DNA from: a virus
Length of the DNA: 60,934 nucleotides
Strand: one strand, 5' to 3'
Virus record (IMG/VR): IMGVR_UViG_3300020385_000001
Span: 1 to 60,934 of that record
Shown here: positions 52,843 through 59,169 of the stretch, in pieces
How positions within the stretch are numbered: the stretch's first letter is position 1
Layout of the letters: each line of letters begins with the position of its first letter
The notes under the pieces: model-generated
The model's database searches: none
Seen by the model: only the letters and a program-made list of their open reading frames with translations
Told to the model about the DNA's origin: nothing
Translations under genes and position numbers: made by a program

Positions 52843-52891
52843 TTACAAGTAATAATAAACTATAAACCTAACTAATTTTAAACCAACACCA

Positions 52892-53173
52892 ATGACACTA
52901 TTTTACCAGACTCAATCGTGGTCTAGTCAATCACAAGTATCCGAAGAAACCAAGAAAATTTGGAAGCGTTATTCAAAGAAAAAAAATTGGCGAATAACTC
53001 AACTTCCAAACGGCTATTACCAAGCTGAATGGATTGATTTCAACGAAAACTGGAACGGAATCACAAGGCGTGAAACAATTGAAGGAGCTGAAAAAGCAAT
53101 TGAATCTTCAATTGAACATTACACTAAAAAATTAAAACTTTCTGAAGGTCCAGTTGTTGTAAAAACCTTTTAA
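52892..53173 (+). CDS. Hypothetical protein (93 aa)
   Basis: Track ORF. Confidence 0.5.
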   Translation: MTLFYQTQSWSSQSQVSEETKKIWKRYSKKKNWRITQLPNGYYQAEWIDFNENWNGITRRETIEGAEKAIESSIEHYTKKLKLSEGPVVVKTF

Positions 53174-53204
53174 ATAAAATACTTAAATTAAATCTAATTA
53201 AATC

Positions 53205-54758
53205 ATGTCAGACGCAATTGTCAAAAACCTCAGCTTTGGTAACGAAGCTAAGAATAAACTATTTGAAGGTATAAACAAACTCACGAAAGCCGTTAGTTCC
53301 ACACTCGGCGCTAGCGGTAAACGTGTGATATTAGAAGATGGCGCAGGAAAACCCGTTATTACTAAAGACGGTGTTACTGTAGCAGATTCAATTGTATTAT
53401 TAGACCCTATTGAAAATATGGGTGCTACGCTTTTAAAGGAAGCTGCTAGGAAAACTGTAAGAGAAGCTGGCGACGGAACGACAACGGCTACAGTGCTAGC
53501 GCACTCAATTTTAAATGAAGCATACCCACAGTTAAAAGAATTAGGGGGCAGAAGTTTAAAAGAGGGTATTGATAGCGCTGTACAAAAAGTTGTAAAATAT
53601 TTGGAAAAAACCTCTGTAGAAGTTACAGGCGACATGATTGACCAAGTAGCTAGTATATCTACCAATAATGATATAAAGCTTGGTACAACTATTGCAAATG
53701 CATTTAGATCAGTAGATGAGACTGGTGTAGTTATGATGGAAACAACAGAGCTATCCGAAACTACATCTGAATTAATTGACGGATTACAATACGAGAAGGG
53801 ACTAACAAATTCACACTTTATTACTAAGCAAGATTCAAAAGTTGCTGAGCTAGATAATCCTTATGTGCTATTAATTGAATCTCCTGTTGAAAACATACGT
53901 AAAATACAATCTGTATTAGAATACATTATAAAGAAAAGTAAGCCTTTGCTTGTTATAGCTGATTTAGATCCTAAAGTTATATCTACATTAGCAATGAATA
54001 AAATAAAAGGTAATGTAAAGATTAATGTTATTAATGCACCTACTTATGGAGTAGCTAAAAAAGATATGCTAACTGACTTAGCACTATTAACCGGGGCTAC
54101 AATTATAAATGAAGATTTAGGTGATGATATGGATTTAATACAACCAGAACATTTAGGTAAATGCTTAAAGTCTGTTACTAATGATACAGAAACTATTATA
54201 AAAGTTGAAAACATCACTGATGAAGTATCAGAAGTAATTAATAAAATTAAAAAAGACTTATCTGGTAAAAACAATGCCGCTGAAACTATACGACTTGAAA
54301 AAAGATTAGCTAGATTATCAGCTAAGATTGCTACAGTTAAAGTTGGTGCAGATTCAGATATTGAATTAAAAGAAAAAGCAGATAGAGTAGAAGATGCTAT
54401 TTGCGCTACTAAAGCTGCGATTAAAGAAGGTATTGTACCGGGTGGTGGTGTAGCGTTACTAAATGCATCAACACAAATTAAGCCGAACAATAAAGCAGAA
54501 GAAATATTATTAGAGGCTATTAAGGCTCCCTATATTACAATATTACAAAATGCAAATTTTGACATTGTAGAATTTAATAAAAAAGGTTGGGGGCTAGATG
54601 TTATTACTGGCAAAAGTAAAAATATGACTAAGTCAGGAATAATTGATCCGTTACTTGTTACTAAGACTGCATTAAAGAATGCGGCTTCCGTGGCAACTAC
54701 TATATTATCTACAGATTGTATAATTAATAATTTACGTATTAATGAAGGCAATAGGTAG
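53205..54758 (+). CDS. groL: Chaperonin GroEL homolog (517 aa, no GGM tail)
   Basis: Collinear with E. coli GroEL from the N-terminus (FGNEAKNKLFEGINKLTKAV..TLG..G..V). It also has ITKDGVTVA, AGDGTTTATVLA, VPGGGVALL and IDPLLVTKTALKNAASVA. Confidence 0.9.
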   Translation: MSDAIVKNLSFGNEAKNKLFEGINKLTKAVSSTLGASGKRVILEDGAGKPVITKDGVTVADSIVLLDPIENMGATLLKEAARKTVREAGDGTTTATVLAHSILNEAYPQLKELGGRSLKEGIDSAVQKVVKYLEKTSVEVTGDMIDQVASISTNNDIKLGTTIANAFRSVDETGVVMMETTELSETTSELIDGLQYEKGLTNSHFITKQDSKVAELDNPYVLLIESPVENIRKIQSVLEYIIKKSKPLLVIADLDPKVISTLAMNKIKGNVKINVINAPTYGVAKKDMLTDLALLTGATIINEDLGDDMDLIQPEHLGKCLKSVTNDTETIIKVENITDEVSEVINKIKKDLSGKNNAAETIRLEKRLARLSAKIATVKVGADSDIELKEKADRVEDAICATKAAIKEGIVPGGGVALLNASTQIKPNNKAEEILLEAIKAPYITILQNANFDIVEFNKKGWGLDVITGKSKNMTKSGIIDPLLVTKTALKNAASVATTILSTDCIINNLRINEGNR

Positions 54759-55002
54759 AAACTTAATAATTAAAAAAGAAAAGCAAGGTACTTCTGAAAC
54801 TAAAGGAGGGTTATTGTTAACTGAAAATCAAAGAGAAGATTTAAGATACAACAAAGCTAAAGTAATATCTATAGGTTCTGAAGTTATTGGAGTTGAAGAA
54901 AACGACAATATTTATTATGACAAACATGCAGGTCATGGGGTTGAGATAGATAAAGAAGTTTTTCAAGTAATTAAACTTCAAGACGTTGTAATCGTTTTAT
55001 GA
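54742..55002 (+). CDS. groS: Co-chaperonin GroES/Cpn10 homolog (86 aa)
   Basis: IGRNLIIKKEKQGTSETKGGLLL (mobile-loop region) ...AKVISIGSEV...VFQVIKLQDVVIVL follows the Cpn10 pattern. It overlaps groL by 17 nt. Confidence 0.7.
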   Translation: MKAIGRNLIIKKEKQGTSETKGGLLLTENQREDLRYNKAKVISIGSEVIGVEENDNIYYDKHAGHGVEIDKEVFQVIKLQDVVIVL

Positions 55003-55445
55003 AAAGATTAGAAGCAAGAGATTTAAAAGATCTTAACTTGCTTAAGCATTATAGAATTATAAGAAAGTGGGCCGCTAAAAATAACGGCATGACTGATGCA
55101 GATTTAGAGCTTTTAATATATTTAGATTGTGTTGATTTATTTACTAAAATAGATTTTAAAATGGGTGCTTATTCATATAGCTGGAATAATAGGAGATGGA
55201 ATACGCTATTAAAAGAAGGCTGGATAACTGTGTGGCGTAAAAGAAACCACACAACTCAAAAGTATAATATATACAAAACATCATTTAAATGCAAGCAACT
55301 TATAAATCGTATATATAAAATAATGTTAGGTGAGGAAGATATTCCTATAAGCGAACGCAGAAATGTAATAATGAAAGGCGAAACTTATACAAATAAAGTT
55401 TTAAAAGTTTCAATAAATAATATTAATAAAGACAAGTATAGATAA
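54999..55445 (+). CDS. Hypothetical protein (148 aa), possible winged-helix DNA-binding fold
   Basis: Track ORF. Trp/Lys/Arg-rich, with a weak wHTH-like pattern (LELLIYLD...LLKEGWITVWRK). Confidence 0.35.
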   Translation: MKRLEARDLKDLNLLKHYRIIRKWAAKNNGMTDADLELLIYLDCVDLFTKIDFKMGAYSYSWNNRRWNTLLKEGWITVWRKRNHTTQKYNIYKTSFKCKQLINRIYKIMLGEEDIPISERRNVIMKGETYTNKVLKVSINNINKDKYR

Positions 55446-55447
55446 TT

Positions 55448-55657
55448 ATGGACAAAAGTAAAGCAATTATTTCAAACCCTATTCTTAAGGGGCAAGTAGG
55501 GGAATCTCATGTTTGGGATGGTCCTTTAAGTACAGCGGGATTTCCAATGGATGGCGGTTCTAGTTCAGGTATTACGGGTATGCAAGTTAAAAAAGCACCA
55601 ACATTTTATAAAGCAGGCCCTATTACACAAATTGCCAAAGCCGCTAGAGGAGAATAG
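55448..55657 (+). CDS. Hypothetical protein (69 aa)
   Basis: Track ORF. Confidence 0.5.
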   Translation: MDKSKAIISNPILKGQVGESHVWDGPLSTAGFPMDGGSSSGITGMQVKKAPTFYKAGPITQIAKAARGE

Positions 55658-55674
55658 CAATGGATATCGGGCAT

Positions 55675-55806
55675 ATGAAGTTACTAGCTATCAATGGATC
55701 AGTTGGTGTAGTGACTATGATGGAAATAGAAGTATGGCTTAAAATAATACTTTTAGTAGTAACCATAGGCTATACTTTAGTAAAATGGTTTAAACTCATA
55801 AAATAA
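55675..55806 (+). CDS. Small single-TM protein (43 aa), below cutoff
   Basis: Manual translation gives MKLLAINGSVGVVTMMEIEVWLKIILLVVTIGYTLVKWFKLIK. It has a TAATG overlap with the next gene. Confidence 0.4.
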   Translation: MKLLAINGSVGVVTMMEIEVWLKIILLVVTIGYTLVKWFKLIK

Positions 55807-56120
55807 TGGCATATATACAGAACTCTTCACCTTTTTTAAAGAAAGGAGATGCTCCTTCTAGGAAAAAATCTAAGGGATATTATAATAAAGCAAATAAAAC
55901 CGGCACTGGGGCTGCAGCAGGTGGGGGTATGTCAGAAAAAGGTGTTAAAAAATATAGAAAAGATAACCCAGGCTCAAAGCTAAAAACAGCTGTAACTACA
56001 CCACCCTCTAAATTAAAAAAAGGTAGTAAAGCTGCAAAACGTAGAAAATCTTTTTGCGCTCGATCTAAAGGCTGGAAAAGCGAAAGAGGCAGAGCTGCGA
56101 GAAGAAGATGGAATTGCTAA
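55806..56120 (+). CDS. Small Lys/Arg-rich protein (104 aa)
   Basis: MAYIQNSSPFLKKGD...KRRKSFCARSKGWKSERGRAARRRWNC. The N-terminal motif is shared with 25053..25331. Confidence 0.6.
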   Translation: MAYIQNSSPFLKKGDAPSRKKSKGYYNKANKTGTGAAAGGGMSEKGVKKYRKDNPGSKLKTAVTTPPSKLKKGSKAAKRRKSFCARSKGWKSERGRAARRRWNC

Positions 56121-56166
56121 TAATTAAACAACAACACTAACAACAACAAACCAAAACACAGAAATT

Positions 56167-56631
56167 ATGAACAAAGCAGAAAAGTATGACATGAAAAAAG
56201 CATACGATAAAGATCTTACAAAATCAGCAAGATTTAATTATTTAAAGAACGCTATGCATGATAAAAAAGGCATGTCTATGAAAGACGAAGGCATGATGAT
56301 GAAAGACGAAGGCATGATGATGGGTCAAGTTAAAAAAGGATCTATGGCAATGAGCCGAGCAGGTCATGTTGGAAGCTACACAGGTAACAATATGAAACTT
56401 ACTGCAGCTGCAATGATGGGAGAATCTGTAGGACAAGAAAGAAAAAATCTTTTAACAGACATGCCAATTGACACAAGAGGGGCCTCTATGAAAATGTCTC
56501 CAATGGATCGACAAAAATACGGCGGTAATAAAGGAGATGAAAGTATGTCAGATAGAGACTATAGCTCTCCTGCCGGAATGTATGGCGGAAAAAAAGGTGA
56601 CATGAGCAAATCTAGAAGAGATTATAAATAA
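56167..56631 (+). CDS. Methionine-rich protein (154 aa, 23 Met by hand count)
   Basis: ...GMSMKDEGMMMKDEGMMMGQVKKGSMAMS... The C-terminus has repeats YGG(N/K)KGD..MS..RDY. Confidence 0.6.
   Translation: MNKAEKYDMKKAYDKDLTKSARFNYLKNAMHDKKGMSMKDEGMMMKDEGMMMGQVKKGSMAMSRAGHVGSYTGNNMKLTAAAMMGESVGQERKNLLTDMPIDTRGASMKMSPMDRQKYGGNKGDESMSDRDYSSPAGMYGGKKGDMSKSRRDYK
56278..56319 (+). repeat. Exact 2 x 21-bp tandem duplication inside the Met-rich gene
   Basis: ATGAAAGACGAAGGCATGATG occurs at 56278-56298 and again at 56299-56319. Confidence 0.9.
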
Positions 56632-56695
56632 AACAGATAGGACTGTATAAACCTAGCAAAACATAAACATAAACAATAACATAAACAACAACAAA

Positions 56696-57004
56696 ATGGC
56701 AAGATTTATTTCTATCAAAGTCGTTGGAGGCGCGGATGCTTTCGAAGACGGACAACACTTAATTAACACAGATACAATTGTTTCTGTAACAACTGGAGAT
56801 GCTGCTGGTGCAAATGAAGGAACTAAAACAACAATTCATACTGTTGCCCCAACATTAGACACGGTTACTTTAACTCATTCAACAGAAACAACTCCCTCTG
56901 TAAGAGATGCAATTAATGCCGCTCTTACTGCTAATCCAGGTGGTGTAAAATCAACTGTTGGATTACCTACTGGAATTACTGTAACTGAATTTCTAGTTGT
57001 ATAA
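56696..57004 (+). CDS. Hypothetical protein (102 aa), Thr/Ala/Gly-rich
   Basis: Track ORF with a long A/C-rich leader. Confidence 0.5.
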   Translation: MARFISIKVVGGADAFEDGQHLINTDTIVSVTTGDAAGANEGTKTTIHTVAPTLDTVTLTHSTETTPSVRDAINAALTANPGGVKSTVGLPTGITVTEFLVV

Positions 57005-57159
57005 TGAGCAAATCTAAAGGACTTGGTGATTCAATTGAAAAAGTTACTAAAGTTACTGGAATTAAAAGTGTAGTAGATAGAGTCGCAGAGGGTTTAAATA
57101 TCCCCTGCGGCTGTTCTGCTCGCAAAGATAAATTAAATAAAATGTTTCCTTATAAATAA
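57004..57159 (+). CDS. Small conserved-looking protein (51 aa), below cutoff
   Basis: Manual translation gives MSKSKGLGDSIEKVTKVTGIKSVVDRVAEGLNIPCGCSARKDKLNKMFPYK. It has TAATG overlaps at both ends. Confidence 0.5.
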   Translation: MSKSKGLGDSIEKVTKVTGIKSVVDRVAEGLNIPCGCSARKDKLNKMFPYK

Positions 57160-57467
57160 TGGCTTTCAAACTTAATACACCTCCGTATAATTTAGACAAT
57201 ACACCTATATATAATGTAGATTTAGGCGATGATGTATTAGGCAAAGCTAATAATAACGGAACTATATTAATAAATAAAAATTTAGATCCATCTAAAACTA
57301 AAAAAGTTGTTGATCATGAAATGGTTCATATTGATCAATTTAAAAGAGGTGATTTAGATTATGATGATAATAATGTTTACTGGAAAGGTAAAACATATTC
57401 TAGAAGTCAAATGCAGGAAGGCGCTAAAAATCTTCCCTGGGAAAAAGAAGCTTACAACAAAGCTTAA
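57159..57467 (+). CDS. Minimal zincin-like metallopeptidase (102 aa)
   Basis: HEMVH lies at 57315-57329, preceded by G.ANNNGTILIN. This resembles minimal HExxH domains of the DUF4157 type, from memory. Confidence 0.45.
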   Translation: MAFKLNTPPYNLDNTPIYNVDLGDDVLGKANNNGTILINKNLDPSKTKKVVDHEMVHIDQFKRGDLDYDDNNVYWKGKTYSRSQMQEGAKNLPWEKEAYNKA

Positions 57468-57470
57468 ATT

Positions 57471-57851
57471 ATGTTAAAATTATTATTAGGCCTACTAAAA
57501 GGTGGCGATGGCAGAAAGTCAGTAGCCGGTAACTTAGCGTGGGAAATAAGAGAAGCAATTAAGGGTAAAGAATTAGACCCTAATGAAATAATAGAATTGC
57601 AAACTAAAATAAATGAAATTGAAGCCGGGCATAGAACAGTATTTGTTGCGGGCTGGCGACCATTTATAGGATGGGTTTGTGGAGTAGCATTAGCATATAA
57701 CTTCGTAATAAGAGATTTATTTATTTGGATAACAAAAACAACCGACGCTCCTCCGGCATTACAAATGGAGCATTTAATGACAGTCTTATTAGGAATGCTT
57801 GGTCTTGGTGGATTAAGAACCTTTGAGAAAATAAAAGATAAAGTAAAATAA
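57471..57851 (+). CDS. Holin (3-TM, GTA-holin-like family)
   Basis: VFVAGWRPFIGWVCGVALAYNFVIR...APPALQMEHLMTVLLGMLGLGGLRTFEKIK matches my recollection of the 3TM holin family pattern (GWRP..GW.C...LAY.F....LLG.LGLGG.RT.EK). Confidence 0.55.
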   Translation: MLKLLLGLLKGGDGRKSVAGNLAWEIREAIKGKELDPNEIIELQTKINEIEAGHRTVFVAGWRPFIGWVCGVALAYNFVIRDLFIWITKTTDAPPALQMEHLMTVLLGMLGLGGLRTFEKIKDKVK

Positions 57852-57870
57852 TTTAATTAAATTTAATCAA

Positions 57871-58128
57871 ATGAGTACAAAAGAAAAAAAAGTAACAGAA
57901 AAGCAACTAGCTAAAATTAAAGAGCAACAAGTAACAATGAATAATAAGTTGAGAGACATTGGGCTTGTTGAAAACCAAAAGCATGTATTATTACATGAAT
58001 ATGCAGGGATCGAGCAAGATATGGAAACTTACAAAAAAGAATTAGAAAAAGAGTATGGTGCCATTAGTATTGATCTTGAAACAGGTGTTTATAAAGAAAT
58101 AGAAAACACTGAAGAAAATAAAAAGTAA
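57871..58128 (+). CDS. Hypothetical coiled-coil protein (85 aa)
   Basis: Track ORF. Confidence 0.5.
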   Translation: MSTKEKKVTEKQLAKIKEQQVTMNNKLRDIGLVENQKHVLLHEYAGIEQDMETYKKELEKEYGAISIDLETGVYKEIENTEENKK

Positions 58129-58129
58129 A

Positions 58130-58360
58130 ATGAGTAGTGTTATAAGAAAGATCAGCATCGGTTCTGATTATAAAAATGATGCTATGCATTACTCCGTAGG
58201 TCAAGAGGTGTACGGGGGACACAAAATAGCTTATATCATATTCGAAGATACTGATAGTTCTTATAATATTTTTATAAAAAAGAATAATGAGGTATTACCT
58301 TGGAAAAAATTTAATTCTAATATGGCAATTTCTGTTGAATATAATTTAGAATATGAATAG
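58130..58360 (+). CDS. Hypothetical protein (76 aa)
   Basis: Track ORF. Confidence 0.5.
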   Translation: MSSVIRKISIGSDYKNDAMHYSVGQEVYGGHKIAYIIFEDTDSSYNIFIKKNNEVLPWKKFNSNMAISVEYNLEYE

Positions 58361-58958
58361 TATCTACGATTTTATCGTTGAGCCTATTGGGCAAAGATAT
58401 AACAATACAACTAAAGTACATAACAAAAATTTAATATTAAATTCTAATATAGAATCATTTAAGTTTATAAATAAACTTGCCAAAGTTATATCTACACCAA
58501 AAGCTTATAATACCGTTATAAAAGAAGGTGATGAAATCATAATTCATCATAATGTTTTTAGAAGATACTATGATATAAAAGGTAAAGAAAAAAATAGCAG
58601 TAAATACTTTAAAAATAATCTTTACTTTTGTCAGCCAGATCAAGTGTATCTTTACAAAAAAAGCAATAAATGGCATTCATTTATGGATAGATGTTTTGTT
58701 AAGCCTCTTTTAAATAATAACCCTACAAGCTTAGAAAAAGAGCAAAAGCATATTGGTATATTAAAGTATGGCAATAGCTCGTTAAAAGCGCTCGAAATTA
58801 ACCCAGGGGATGTCGTAGGGTTTACTCCTAATAGCGAATGGGAGTTTATAATAAATGATGAAAGATTGTATTGTATGAAATCTAATGATATTGTTATTAA
58901 GTATGAACGTAAAGAAAACCAAACTGAGTATAATCCAAGCTGGGCAAAAAGCAGTTGA
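58353..58958 (+). CDS. Hypothetical protein (201 aa)
   Basis: Track ORF. A vague Cpn10-like beta pattern at the N-terminus was not judged sufficient for a call. Confidence 0.5.
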   Translation: MNSIYDFIVEPIGQRYNNTTKVHNKNLILNSNIESFKFINKLAKVISTPKAYNTVIKEGDEIIIHHNVFRRYYDIKGKEKNSSKYFKNNLYFCQPDQVYLYKKSNKWHSFMDRCFVKPLLNNNPTSLEKEQKHIGILKYGNSSLKALEINPGDVVGFTPNSEWEFIINDERLYCMKSNDIVIKYERKENQTEYNPSWAKSS

Positions 58959-59169
58959 GGAATTAATTAAAGTAGCTAAAGAAGCTATTGTAGATTCAGA
59001 AGATGATATATCAGCAGATAGATTAAAAAATGCAGCAGCAACAAAAAAGTTAGCAATATTTGATGCATTTGAAATACTTACTAGAATAGAAACTGAAGAA
59101 AAATTATTAGAAGATAAGTCTAGTAATCAAAAAACTTTTGGAGGTTTTGCCGAAACAAGATCTAAATAA
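58885..59169 (+). CDS. Hypothetical protein immediately upstream of terL (possible small terminase subunit; likely starts at the ATG at 58903)
   Basis: Position only. The stop overlaps the terL ATG (TAATG). Confidence 0.3.
   Translation: MILLLSMNVKKTKLSIIQAGQKAVEELIKVAKEAIVDSEDDISADRLKNAAATKKLAIFDAFEILTRIETEEKLLEDKSSNQKTFGGFAETRSK

Noticed and set aside
53198-54751. Minus-strand ORFs 53198..53665, 54044..54490 and 54530..54751
   Set aside because: They are antisense to an unmistakable GroEL gene. Their Ser/Ile/Ala-rich translations have no motifs.
58353-58958. A second GroES-like co-chaperonin
   Set aside because: Only a vague alternation of hydrophobic beta-like segments was seen (DFIVEPIG...LAKVIS...IKEGDEIIIH). 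At 201 aa with no mobile-loop match, it is left as hypothetical.
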